This document shows, one piece after another, positions 45,261 through 58,484 of a DNA stretch of 64,000 nt. The position numbers and the translations under genes were made by a program. A model generated the notes under the pieces. The model was not told the DNA's origin and did no database searches. It saw only the letters and a program-made list of their open reading frames with translations. This DNA comes from Octopus vulgaris (taxonomy: Eukaryota), in NCBI GenBank assembly GCA_951406725.2, contig OX597826.1, positions 74,772,001-74,836,000 of the forward strand, read 5' to 3'. Each line of letters opens with the position of its first letter. Position 1 is the first letter of the stretch.

Positions 45261-46945
45261 TTAAATACAACTTTCACTTTATTTTACAGAATATTTAATA
45301 CGGGATTACAACAATTTTGGTTTTGTAAATATTATTCTAATTGGATGAAGGAATACGGCTGGCAGCATAGAATTTCTAATATTCTAAAAATTGACTTACA
45401 CGTTCTTGGAATTTTAGGATTAAAATTTCGCAAAAGCAATTGAAACAATGGTGTTTCGGGAATGGTTTAGCAGACGTAAACACTTTCTAAAATATATTCC
45501 AACTTTATATCTCTTTTTTATTGACGTCTCTTTCTTCTTCTTCAACGATCACTTTTAAATTATCTCTGCAAACATTCTATAGAATTTAGAGCCAGCTCTG
45601 AAAGTTACGACGTGTCGTATACGAATACGTCTATGTAAACAGTGCGATCGAAGAGAGAAAAATAGGAAATGGGAGTGTATGCATATTTCAGTGCTCGTTC
45701 TATATTCTATAGAATATCTCTAGAGATAACTTAGAAGTAATTAAATCGCACTGCTAACACGGTAGGATACAGTATTGATTTATAAACCTTTGATATATTT
45801 GGCTGTATATTATGATGGCTAAACGAAATATAGTGTCGCTACCAACAGTTAATACTTCAACAATCAATCTTTCTGAATTTTGTCCGTCCCTGTTATGATT
45901 TGGAATTTGTATTAATTTTTTATTGGTTATTATTGCGCGAAAGGTCCAGACTCTCGCGTATTAATTCTCACCGAGAATTTATAGGAGTAAACATAGCAGG
46001 AATTAAGGTTATCCATTAGAGTTCAAGTTAATGTCCGTGAACAGAATTGCTTCAACGCCATGTGAACTGCGAAAAATATAACCGTAGAATTATCTGATAC
46101 AGGATTTAATTGATAAGTTTAAAATTTTGTCAGCTCCCTTCGTGAGATCTATCTAATGATATTATCTTACAGAGGAGGTAATCTCTATCGGTTTAAATGA
46201 ATAAAAGCCAATACTAAGTTCTTACAATTACTAGATTTGAAGAACACTTTACATTTTACCTCACAAATAGTCATCAATAGTTATGAATAGAACCAGTTGT
46301 TCGGAAGTCAGGAGCTAAACTCCACAACAAACAATTCGCCGAGTTTCTCGTCAGATCACTTCATTCCATTTTACCTCAGTTCATTTATTACTTGAAAACA
46401 AATACCAGACTATCTATCTTGAGATATCGGTTTCAAATTTTGGCACAAGGCGAGCAATTTCGGGGGAAGGGGGCGACCCTAGTGCTCAACTAGTTCTTAT
46501 TTTATCGACACCCTAAAGGTGAAAGGCAAAGTCGATCGGCGGAATTTAAACTCAGAACGTAAAGACGGACGAAATGGCGCTAAGCATTTTGCTCGGTGTG
46601 TTAAAAGCTCTGTCAGCTCCCTGCCTGAGATCTCTCAAGAGATATCGTCTGCTTTACAGTAGACCAACTCCCTGTGCAAGGGAGATAATCTCTACTGGTT
46701 TAAATTTATAAATGCCAATTCTAAATTCTTAAAGTTATCAAGTTTCAAGAACACTTTACATTTTATCTCACACGTAGTCATCAAAACCTACCCTCACCCC
46801 ACTATACCTCTAACAACCTCAAACTGTTATTCTTGTATAAAAATAGATTTAAAAAACCTATTACGGCACCAGGGCCAAGTAAAAAGCTATCCACTCGTCA
46901 GTTCTAGACTGTCAATAGTTGACCAAGGGGACAGATAGATCTTAC

Positions 46946-47054
46946 CTGTTGCTTCATTGAAGTAAACGTTAATCCTCTCCAGCTGAAGGTCAGAGTCACC
47001 GTGGTAGGTACCCGTTGGGTCAATGCCGTGTTCATCAGAAATAACCTCCCAAAA
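46946..47054 (-). CDS. TUBB: Beta-tubulin exon 2 (F20-G56, [37 protein letters not shown])
   Basis: Manual translation of the minus strand. Acceptor ttacag|TTT, donor ACAG|gtaag. 109 nt, phase 0 to 1. Confidence 0.96.
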
Positions 47055-47373
47055 CTGTAACGAAAGATTAAATTACATTAGAAAATAGAGAAACTCAGCC
47101 ATTGCTGGTCCCAAATGCGATTGAGAAAGGAGGATTGTATAGGCGTAGGGTTAACAGCCCGGCGCCATTAATTTTTTTTTTACATTGCTACTGAAAAGTC
47201 AACCACAGAACATACGAAAGTGATCCTGGTAAGGGGAGGTAATCCTCAGAGGTTGCGTATGAAGTAACGTAGAGAACAGCTGGGGGGGGGGGCAACTGCA
47301 ATCCATTGCCAAAGATAGAGAGAGGTGGAGATCTCTTGTTGGTGCCCTGTGCACCACGTTGAGTTAAAACAAT

Positions 47374-47404
<31 letters not shown>

Positions 47405-47464
47405 AAGAAGAAGAAGAAGAAGAAGAAGAAGAAGAAGAAAATGAAGAATTGGAAGAAGAAGAAG

Positions 47465-47496
<32 letters not shown>

Positions 47497-47664
47497 GAAG
47501 AAGAAGAAAAGAAGAAGAAGAAGAAGAAGAAGAAGAAGAAGAAGAAGAAGAAGAAGAAGAAGAAGAAGAAGAAAGAAGAAGAAGAAGAAGAAGAAGAAGA
47601 AGAAGAAGAAGAAGACTCGTGGTAAGCTTTTTAAAATTCTCTCTCTGTTTATTTCCTCTTGTTC

Positions 47665-47700
47665 CTTTCTGTTGAAGAGCGTAGGCTCGAAACGTCAAAG
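47665..47700 (+). ncRNA. Minimal hammerhead-like motif (core CUGUUGA, GUC triplet)
   Basis: CTTT-CTGTTGA-A-GAGC(GTAG)GCTC-GAAA-CGTC-AAAG. Confidence 0.55.
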
Positions 47701-47789
47701 ACTTTCTCACCTTCCCCAGCGTCAAACTAGCACTCTTGCTCCTTGTTCCTACACCTGTTTTCGTCCTTTGTTTTTCTGTAAATTTCAAC

Positions 47790-47865
<76 letters not shown>

Positions 47866-48247
47866 CGCTACCGAAACGGTAATTATTTCTACGCCAGCTG
47901 CTATGTTGTTGTTGTTTCTGTCTCATTTGGTCTAAAGTCGTATGACAACCACCGTTATATATATTTTTGTTTATTCATTACTGTTTTCAATTTCGTTTTC
48001 GTCTCTTGTATTTACATCCGTCTTGTGCGTTCACATTCCTGTCTTCTACCAAGAAATCTAATGCTTACAGCTTAGTTTTTTTTCTTGGGGCTGGCCGAGT
48101 TGGAGCAAATATCAGAATTGAACAGCCGAAATTTGCTATGATGATTCGGTGTCTGACTGAAGATTGAAGGCTTCGAATGATTTGTCTGTGTTCCGTGTTC
48201 GTCCCTTCCTGTATTTCACGTTCATTATATATAAAAACATTCATTCT

Positions 48248-48281
<34 letters not shown>

Positions 48282-48372
48282 CATATATATATATATTTAT
48301 ACATATATATATATATACATATATATATATACATATATATATATACATATATATATATACATACATATATAT

Positions 48373-48436
<64 letters not shown>

Positions 48437-48586
48437 TGTGAAATAGAAAGATGAATAATCTTGTTGCAGATTAATCAAAAGTTTAACCGATACCTTGGTA
48501 GCAAAAATCACAGCAGAAGACAGCACGGTTGGAGGTACAACCATATGGTGTTGCAACCGTGCGTTGGTGCGGATAATTGAATTTTA

Positions 48587-49142
48587 ATATTATTAGTGAA
48601 TTGAAGAAATGGAGTTGAACGAAGATTGAACAGAAATCGTTTTATTGCATTCTACACGTGTTTCGAAAGGCACAATTTACCAAATTCCGATTGAATAAGG
48701 AGACCATATTGTGTCTTTCTCTTCAGGAAGAAATAGGAAATCCGTTGGAAAAAACAAAAACAGAACAGAGGCGGAGCAAAACAAATAGTCAGAACTTTAG
48801 TCTCGGTCACAAAGAACATCTAAGCACCCCGTGCTCCCATCCACCGGAATGACCGCTGCCTGACCCGTTAAAACCTTCAACGCACCCACCACCAGTTTTC
48901 AACACACATTGATAAACAGTTTGGCCATGGGCTCTTAGGAGCCTCGTTCGATTTGTTTTGCTCCGCCTCTGTTCTGTTTTTGTTTTTTCCAACGGATTTC
49001 CTATTTCTTCCTGAAGAGAAAGACACAATATGGTCTCCTTATTCAATCGGAATTTGGTAAATTGTGCCTTTCGAAACACGTGTAGAATGCAATAAAACGA
49101 TTTCTGTTCAATCTTCGTTCAACTCCATTTCTTCAATTCACT

Positions 49143-49150
<8 letters not shown>
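48587..49150. mobile_element. 200-bp inverted repeat (48587-48786 / 48951-49150, 164-bp spacer); PLE-like inverted pLTR
   Basis: The arms read as exact reverse complements. The ORF track shows the same peptide on both strands (48658+, 49079-). The block is flanked by (TA)n. Confidence 0.85.
49008..49087 (+). ncRNA. Type I hammerhead ribozyme, with a mirror copy on the minus strand at 48650-48729
   Basis: TTC-CTGAAGA-GAAAGACACAAT..ATTGTGCCTTTC-GAAA-CACGTG-TA-GAA. Canonical core, 12-bp stem II with 1 mismatch, palindromic stem III ACACGTGT, AATAAA at 49091. Confidence 0.78.
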
Positions 49151-49175
<25 letters not shown>

Positions 49176-49176
49176 C

Positions 49177-49441
49177 TCTTTTACTCTTTTACTTGTTTCA
49201 GTCATTTGACTGTGACCATGCTGGAGCACCGCCTTTAGTCGAGCATATCGACTCCAGGACTTATTCTTTGTAAGCCTAGTACTTATTCTATCGGTCCCTT
49301 TTGCCGAACCACTAAGTTACGGGGACGTAAACACACCAGCATCGGTTGTCAAGTGATGTTGGGGGAACAAACACAGACACACAAACATATACACACACTC
49401 ATACATACATACATACATACATACATACATACATACATACA

Positions 49442-49475
<34 letters not shown>

Positions 49476-49885
49476 CGATGGGCTTCTTTCAGTTTCCGTC
49501 TACCAAATCCACTCACAAGGCTTTGGTCGACCCGAGGCATTAGTAGAAGACACTTGCCCAAGGTGCCACGCAGTGGGACTGAACCTGAAACCATGTGGTT
49601 CGTACACAAGCTACTTACTACACAGCCGCTCCTATGCCTATAATATATATATATATAGATAGATGTATGTATGTATGTATTTGTCTGTCTGTGTTTGTCC
49701 CCCCGCCATCTCTTGACAACCGATGCTGGTGTGTTTACGTCCCCGTAACCAAGCGGCTCGGTCAAACAGACCGGTAAAATAATTTCTAGGCTTACAAAGA
49801 ATAAGTCCTGGGGGTCGATTTGTTCGACTAAAGGCAATGCTGCAGCATGGCCGCAGTCAAATGACTGAAACAAGTAAAAGAAAAG
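49177..49885. mobile_element. SINE A (minus, 49177-49639) plus an inverted SINE A 3' half (plus, 49680-49885)
   Basis: Matches to family A in opposite orientations. Confidence 0.82.
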
Positions 49886-50029
49886 AAAAACCTAATACCC
49901 AGTAAGCATTAACAGGTGAAGTTCCCCTCCCACCATGACCACCACCATTAGATAAAGTCTTCGATAACTTTTTTTTTCTTCTCACAGTAAACCAACATTC
50001 CACAAGTGTTGATGTTGTTATTGTCATTG

Positions 50030-50034
50030 CTGCT

Positions 50035-50065
<31 letters not shown>

Positions 50066-50162
50066 ATGATGATGTTGATGGTGATGATGATGGTGGTGGT
50101 GGTGGTGGTGGTGGTGGTGGTGGTGATGGTGATGATGGTTGTGATGGTGGTGGTGGTGATGT

Positions 50163-50196
<34 letters not shown>

Positions 50197-50234
50197 GGTG
50201 GTGATGATGATGATGGTGGTGGTGGTGGTGGTGA

Positions 50235-50268
<34 letters not shown>

Positions 50269-50285
50269 GGCGGTGGTGGTGATGA

Positions 50286-50319
<34 letters not shown>

Positions 50320-50530
50320 GGTGGTGATGATGACGATGATGATGATGGTGGTGGTGGTGATGCTGATGATGTGGTGCTGGTGGTGATGGTGATGATGATG
50401 ATGGTGGTGGTGGTAAATGATGATGATGGTGGTGGTGGTGGTGGCGGTGGTGGTGATGATGATGATGGTGGTGGTGGTGGTGGTGGTGGTGGTGGTGATG
50501 ATGACGATGATGATGATGGTGGTGGTGGTG
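50030..50530. repeat. (GGT/GAT)n tract
   Basis: Direct inspection. Confidence 0.95.
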
Positions 50531-51129
50531 ATGCTGTTGTTGCTGTTGCTGTGTTGTCTGTTGGCAAAGTGCGCACTGGAGGCTGGCTGTTTGGATAGAA
50601 CATCAAGCAACCTGCTGAGAGATGGACGACTCCTGTTTTTTATTCATCGCCGATTAAACACTCAAAATGGCGCAGCAATCCGCCAAGCCATCATAAACAC
50701 GTAAACCTGCCACCGTAAGCAGAAACTATTCCACTGCTATAAATTGATGAATGAGTTTGTTGTCTCGTAGTGTTGAGTGCCTTTCCTCCTTTGGGTACAG
50801 CTTAGAAAGGAGTCCACATGTCAGACTGATCTGTTTTATATATATATGCACTATATGGTGACGAAGGTTTCTCTAATGACTCTGCCAGCCTCTGGGAGAC
50901 GGGGATTTACCATCTGTCGCCAACATAGACCACCAACGAGAAAGCTTCAACGGGGTCGTTTACCCTGTTAGAAGGAGCAGTCAAAATTTTTCCCTAATAT
51001 TACGTCCTACTGCCTTGAGAAGGATAATGTAGTACTCGAGCTAAAAAGAAAAAAAAGACATACTATGTGGGCATGTTTGGAACGCATTCGATCATAGTAC
51101 AGTTTGATCACGGATACTTGGCTGCTATT

Positions 51130-51540
51130 TCTTATTTCTTTATTGCCCACAAGGGGCTAAACATAGAGGGGACAAACAAGGACAGACAAAGGAATTGAGT
51201 CGATTACATCGACCCCAGTGCGTAACTGGTACTTAATTTAATCGACCCCGAAAGGATGAAAGGCAAAGTCGACCTCAGCGGAATTTGAACTCAGAACGTA
51301 AAGACAGACGAAACACCTCTTTCTTTACTACCCACAAGGGGCTAAACACAGAGAGGACAAACAAGGACAGACAAACGGATTAAGTCGATTATATTGACCC
51401 CAGTGCGTACCTGGTACTTATTTAATCGACCCCGAAAGGATGAAAGGCCTCGGCGGAATTTGAACTCAGAACGTAACGGCAGACGAAACACGGCTACGCA
51501 TTTCGCCCGGCGTGCTAACGTTTCTGCCAGTTCGCCGCCT
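51130..51540 (-). mobile_element. SINE family B dimer
   Basis: Head at about 51540, with two body units. Confidence 0.82.
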
Positions 51541-52760
51541 TGGCTGCTATTTCTAGCAGGCTCCATTCATCTTTAATCATATGTCTGCTGGGTCAGAGCT
51601 TAGTTGGGGTTAAATAGAAACAAAAGAAAAAAAATACAATAATTATAGAAACTACATGAAGGCGCGTGGCCAAGTGGTTTGGTGTGTAGCACTCCCGATC
51701 GCGGGATCATGGTTTCGATTCCCGGACCGGCTGGGCGTTTTATTCCTGAGCAAAACACTTCACGTCTCATTACTCCAGTCCACTCAGCTGTAAATGGTTA
51801 AACCTTCGACGGACTGACCTTCCAGGGGGGGTGTGGGGCAAAATATTGGCCTGCTCACTTCGCCAGCAGGGTGGCATCATTGAAAAAGCTAAAACAGGGC
51901 AAAGCGCTGTGGTTCTATGAACACACTCACGAGGTAACATCGGTAGACTGGTGTCAAGATCTCAGTGGCTTGGTGACCACTTGAAGGACGGTGATATGTC
52001 CTCAGTGACCTGGAACATTAGCAGAATGACCTGTGGTCTCAGTGAACTTAGTGACACCTATGAAGATCTTTGATTCTCTCAATGACCTGGTGACATTAGA
52101 AGGATAATATTATGACCTCGGCGACCCGGTGACACATATGTAGATATGAAATGACCTCAGTGACCTGGTGACGTCTTTGGACTAGAGCTATGACCTCAAT
52201 GACCTTATGCTACTTATAGATTGATAGAATGACTCCAGTGACCATGGGAGGCACTTTATGGTTGTTTGTCAAGCTAGAAATAGTAACTAACCTCAAATTA
52301 CATATTTCTGTACTGCAAAGAAAAACCTCATCAGACAACGTAGTCCTTGATGTGACAGCCAAGGTGGGAATACAGGGCTGACTTGGGGCTAACTAACAGC
52401 GCTTTGGGTTTGCCTTGGGTCTGTCCAAGGACTCATAAGGCAGGTTTCCGGATGTATAAGTGACCGAAATCACAAAACTCTCCTCTGAACGGGTCATCGG
52501 TTCGTGCCGGCTTAACTTCCCAGCTATTACTAGTTCGCCTTTTCAGCTAAGTGAGGTGAATCAACGCGAAATGAGGTGTCTTGTTCAAAAACACAACGCA
52601 CCGTACAGTCTACGAAGTGAACCCACGATTTACAATCACCAGTGTAACACCCTTAACCACAAGGCCAATGTGCTTTCACTGACTAACAATAATAACAACA
52701 CAGTAACACGCGTAAAATGCTGCTATGAACTCAGTGACCTGTTGACACCTATGGAGAAAT

Positions 52761-53040
52761 GGCATTCCTTCGATATAGCTCGACAAGGTCGAGACATTTC
52801 ACTTCGGGTATTTCCGTGGGTTGTGGAGTATAGATATAACGAAATTATGCCAGCAATGTCTCATTTTAAACTTGAAGAAGAAAAAAAGCCTTGCATATTT
52901 GTTCTTACCTGTTTCAGATGTGTATGTAAAATCCGCGCAAATTTCCAAGGAGAAGACAGAATCGAACTGTCATTTGCTTCCACGGAAATACCCCCGAAGT
53001 GAAGTGTTTTGATTTTGTCGAGTTATATCGAAAGAATGCC
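52761..53040. mobile_element. 280-bp MITE, Merlin-like
   Basis: TIRs of about 60 bp starting GGCATTC / ending GAATGCC. Perfect 8-bp TSD GGAGAAAT (52753-52760, 53041-53048). Confidence 0.8.
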
Positions 53041-53805
53041 GGAGAAATAACCTGTCGATGAACATAGAGTGGTTCAATGAGAAAAGTCCAATGGACCGGC
53101 GTTTGAGACGTGGAACGATCATCCGAATGGAATGTAATTAATTACTCTACCAAATTTGTTCGAAGCACATTCCTCATGCCCAGTAAGTATTCTGCTTAGA
53201 AATTTCAAGTTTTACGTCATCTCGAGCTGAGTAAAGCTCGAAACGAGTTGAGTTGAGTCTAGTCTTTCACTTCAACGCAAATTGCAGCATCGAATCCTAC
53301 TGGGGCAGTCACAGACATAACATAACCTCCGTGACCTACTGACACGTGTGAAGTGGTTATTTGGGTTATTTGTAGGCCGTCAGTTGCCGAGTGTTAGCTA
53401 TAACGAGATATTTATTGTCTTAGTGATCTGATGACACAGGAAGTGTTTTTAGTATGATGACCTCGGTGACCTGATACTTTGACCTCAGTTTGACAGAAAT
53501 GTTTTAGTAACTTATGTCGCTAATGTCCGTCAAAACCCCATTTACTTTTTTCTCATGGTGTTAACCACTCAGGACGGATACGGCTCATTATAGAAACTCA
53601 AGCAAGTGATTCTGTTTGTCATAGACGTATATCAAATACCATTCACCATAAATTCCTGGTTTATTAAAATTATTTCCGCCTCCACAAGATATATGATAAT
53701 TACCAATTGGCAATTGAGACTAGCTCTACTCGACGAACGGAGATAATCGCAAGATTCAAGAATTTCCCCCAAATTGAGAAGCCAATAAGAGAAAATACAA
53801 GCTTA

Positions 53806-54335
53806 GCGGCACGCTGGCAGAAACGTTAGCACGCCGGGCGAAATGCTAAGCGGTATTTCGTCTGTCGTTATACGTTGTGAGTTCAAATTCCGCCGAGGTC
53901 GACTTTGCCTTTCATCCTTTCGGGGTCGATAAATTAAGTACCAGTTACACACTGGGGTCGATGTAATCGACTTATACCCATGTCTGTCCTTGTTTGTCCC
54001 CTCTGTGTTTAGCCCCTTGTGGGTAATAAAGAAATAGGTATTTCGTCTGCCGCTACGTTCTGAGTTCAAATTCCGCTGAGGTCGACTTTGCCTTTCATCC
54101 TTTCGAGGTCGATTAAATAAGTACCAGTTACGCACTGATGTCGATGTAATCGACTTAATCCGTTTGTCTGTCCTTGTTTGTCCTCTCTGTGTTTAGCCCC
54201 TTGTGGGTAGTAAAGAAAGAGGTATTTCATCTGTTTTTACGTTCTGAGTTCAAATTCCGCCGAGGTCGATTTTGCCTTTCGGAGTCGATAAAATAAGTAC
54301 CAATCGAGCACTGGGGTCGAAGTAATCGACTCAAC
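53806..54335 (+). mobile_element. SINE family B multimer
   Basis: One head plus about 2.5 body units. Confidence 0.85.
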
Positions 54336-54669
54336 CTCTCTTTAATATGAGTATAAAAACTGCATCCCTCTGCCAAGCCAGTATGAGAGAGTAGACTCAC
54401 CAAACCATTATGATCCCAAGCTCAAATTCACGGTCTCTATATCGGACTGTGGTTGGGTGGAGAGAACATGATGAGGCCCTCGTCCTGCCGTGCATTGAAC
54501 ACATTGGCTCGGTAAATGAAGAGAGGTGTAAGAATTTCTGAGGTTTTCACAAAGAAACAAATTTGTAAAGGCGGGATGTAGTTTGTGTGGTCATTGAACT
54601 ACCATCCCACAGCTAAAGGTGTATTAGGGGTAGACTGACGGGTGGGGTGTTGGCTTTTATTACAAGCAC

Positions 54670-55660
54670 AAACATATGGTCTTCACTCAAACACACACAT
54701 GGTCTTCACTCAAACACACACCTATGATATTCACTCAAATACAAACACATGGTTTTCACTCAAACACACACTCACATGGTCTTCAGTCAAACACACACAC
54801 ACACATAGTTTTCACTCAAACACATACATGGTCTTCACTCAAACACACACGCATGGTCTTCACTCAAACACACACACACGTAGTCTTCACTCAAACACAC
54901 ACACACGTAGTCTTCACTCAAACACACACACACATAGTCTTCACTCAAACACACACACACATAGTCTTCACTCAAACACACACACACATAGTCTTCACTC
55001 AAACACACACACACGTAGTCTTCACTCAAACACACACACACATAGTCTTCACTCAAACACACACACACATAGTCTTCACTCAAACACACATACACACATA
55101 GTCTTCACTCAAACACACACACACATAGTCTTCACTCAAACACACACACACGTAGTCTTCACTCAAACACACACACACATAGTCTTCACTCAAACGCACA
55201 CACATAGTCTTCACTCAAACACACACACACACATAGTCTTCACTCAAACACACACATACATAGTCTTCACTCAAACACACACATACATAGTCTTCACTCA
55301 AACACACACATACATAGTCTTCACTCAAACACACACACACGTAGTCTTCACTCAAACACACACACACATAGTCTTCACTCAAACACACACACACATAGTC
55401 TTCACTCAAACACACACGCATGGTTCTCACTCAAACACACACACACATAGTCTTCACTCAAACACACACACACATAGTCTTCACTCAAACACACACACAC
55501 ATAGTCTTCACTCAAACACACACACACACACACACATAGTCTTCACTCAAACACACACACACACATAGTTTTCACTCAAACACATACATGGTCTTCACTC
55601 AAACGCACACGCATGGTCTTCACTCAAACACACACTCACATGGTCTTCAGTCAAACACAC
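54670..55660. repeat. Minisatellite with modal 27-bp unit CATAGTCTTCACTCAAA(CA)n
   Basis: Period of 27 (54911 to 54938). The overlapping ORFs show 9-aa periodicity. Confidence 0.95.
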
Positions 55661-55754
55661 ACACACACACACACACACAACACGAGCTCTGGGGTGGATG
55701 TAGTATCAAGGTGTGTGGGGAATTAGCTACCACCCCTACATAGACACTACCTTT

Positions 55755-56425
55755 TTCTACTACTACCACTGCTGCTGCAATATCGCTGATACTACTACTA
55801 CTACTACCACTGTTACCACCACTACTACTACTACCACCACCTCCACCACCACTGTCATCACCACCACTGTCATCACCATTATCATTATTACCACTACTAC
55901 CAGCATTATTACTGCTGCCACCACCACTACAAATACTACCACCCCACTACTACTACTACTACTACCACCACCACCACCACTACAAAATACTACCACCACT
56001 ACCACTACTACTACTATTACTAATACTACCACCACTACTACGACTGCAACCACTACTACTACAATTACCACCACCGCTACTACTGCTGGTGCTACTACTA
56101 CTACCTCCACCACCACCCCCACTACTACTACCACCACCACCACCACCACTACTACTACTATTACCACTACAACCACCATCACCACCACCACCACCACCAC
56201 CACCACCACCACCACTACTACTACTACTAATACTACCACCACTACTACGACTGCAACCACTACTACTACAATTACCACCACAACCACCACTGCTGGTGCT
56301 ACTACTACTACTTCCACCACCACTGCTGGTGCTACTACTACTACTTCCACCACCACGACCACCACCACCACCAAAACTACTACTACTACTACTACCACTA
56401 CCACCACCACTGCTACTACTACTAG
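55755..56425. repeat. (ACT/ACC)n tract
   Basis: Direct inspection. Confidence 0.93.
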
Positions 56426-56718
56426 TAATGTACCTGATCTCTAGGTGACAAATAACAGCTTCACGAAATACGTTTACTTAACATACATTCTTCAGCTTAA
56501 ATGTTTTCATTTGTGATAATGGGGTGGACGTGTTTCATTGTGAGCTTCTACCACACACATACAAACTCATACAAACACATAAACATACATACACACAGGC
56601 ATACATACATACATACATACATACATACATACATACATACATACATACATACATACATACATACATACATACATACGTTCGTTCATTCGTACGTATAGAT
56701 CTCTGTAAGTCTGTAGAT

Positions 56719-57007
56719 CAGGGCTTTTCAACCATTTTTATCTATGGGCCCCTTTAATTACTATTTTTTCCTGGTGGATCCCCTTAGCCGTTCGATGTTT
56801 AAAAACTAGTTTTATAATAAATTATTTCCGAATTCCTATTTTGTTTTTCACTCATCAACTTGTGTTGGTTGACCTATGCAAAACTGAGCTGTTTCTTGCA
56901 ATACATACCAATACGTACGTCTAAAGCAACATTCTTTCAAGGGCCCTTAAAATACTATTGTAGATCCCCATGCAAGTACCCCACCTCAAGGGGCATATGG
57001 ACCACTG
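56719..57007. mobile_element. hAT/Charlie-like MITE remnant
   Basis: CAGGGCTTTTCAACC...GGACCACTG, with flanks CTGTAGAT / GTTTAGAT. Confidence 0.45.
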
Positions 57008-58435
57008 GTTTAGATGCAACAGACCAGAATAAAGTGAAATAGAGACCAGAAGGAGTGCACAGACATTAGAAATCGTAAACCAAGTTGATGGAAATATAAT
57101 GTTAAAAATAAAAGGAAAAGAAACCATTTCTGTCGAGCAAATGAGAAATTTGCAGATACTCTAGTTTTTTTTTTAACCATTGCGTAACTCTTGCGTAAGC
57201 CTTAAGATAAATTACATTTCTCAAGGAACCCCTGCACAAAAAAAAAATTATGTACCATATCCAAGTACCTTCATTGATAATCCACGTCGATTACTTCATC
57301 GACGCTGGGCTGATTTGAATGAAAATCAACATTGGTTGTTCCATTGCCAATTGATATATATCAGTTACCTCTGTCAAAATCCACATTCGTTGACACGGCA
57401 GCCACAATTAGTTGCCTTTGCTGACAGTCAACATTTATTACCGTCTGTATATCTGTTACCGTCTGCATATTTGTTTAATACCGTCTGCATATTTGTTTAA
57501 TACCGTCTGCATATTTGTTGCATCCACCGACAGTCAATGATTGTTGCCTCTTTGACAGCCAACAGCTAAAACTGGTTGCTTGCTACGAGAGTCAACATTG
57601 TTTACCTAATTGAGATCGGTTAATATTAGTCGCTTCAATTGACAGTCAACAATAAGCTGCCTTCCATTGTTTGTCAATACTGGTCACATCCCCTGACCGG
57701 AAGCAACGTTGTCAATCAACATTAGTTGTTACGTCTGCTTCAGTCAAATTTTGACTTCAATTCACGAACATCATTTGTTGTTCCCATTGACATTTAACAT
57801 TGGTCGTCTTCTGCTTTCTAAATCGTCTCCATCATGTACAAAGGGAAAATAAAAAGCATCTTTCATTCTCTGATCACTTTCTCTCTCTCTTCTCCTTCCC
57901 CCTCCCTACCCGTCATTTCTTCCTCTCTTATTCAACTTCCTGCCATTTCAGACACTCACTATATTCACTCACACTCAACAGCCTTACTACACTCGACTGT
58001 GCTCCTTAAAGAATGTGACTTGTGTTTAAGTGTTGCCAGATGTTCAACATCAACTACATCCTCTCCCTCCTTCCACACAGATATCTACCCTTCTTACAGC
58101 CCTAAAACTCCCCTCTCTCCTCTCTTCTTCTTCTTCTTCTTCTTCTTCTTCTTCTTCTTCTTCTTCTTCACCCTCATTCACCGTATTTTCTCTTACTCCT
58201 AGTTTCTAACTACCCCTCTTACTCATTCTCTCACTCTCTTTCCTACTTCATCCTTCTCTCTCTCTCTCTCTCTCTCTCTCATTGACTCTCTCTTTTCCTC
58301 TCTCTCTTCTTATTCATCTTCATTTCGAACACGAGGAAACTAAAATATTGCTCTGTTGTCCATTTTACTTCTTCCTTATCTCACCTCTCACGTCTCTTCT
58401 GATCCTTTCTTTCTCTTTCTCCCCCTTCCTCTCTG

Positions 58436-58484
<49 letters not shown>

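Noticed and set aside
48150-48190. CTGAAGA...TTCGAATGA possible HHR
   Set aside because: It lacks GAAA and convincing stems, so at best it is a decayed remnant.
48494-48544. Possible tubulin exon 1 ([17 protein letters not shown]|gtatcg)
   Set aside because: No similarity to MREIVHxQAGQCGNQIG, a weak donor, and it lies in a (TA)n-flanked repeat block.
52909-53020. Possible coding first exon ending at CAG|GTAAGA
   Set aside because: There is an in-frame stop upstream with no ATG, and it lies inside a MITE.
54670-55660. CRISPR-like regular repeat
   Set aside because: The spacers are only (CA)n, there are no cas genes, and the context is eukaryotic.
55713-56444. Thr-rich mucin-like ORF
   Set aside because: It is an (ACT/ACC)n microsatellite with no signal peptide or splice support.
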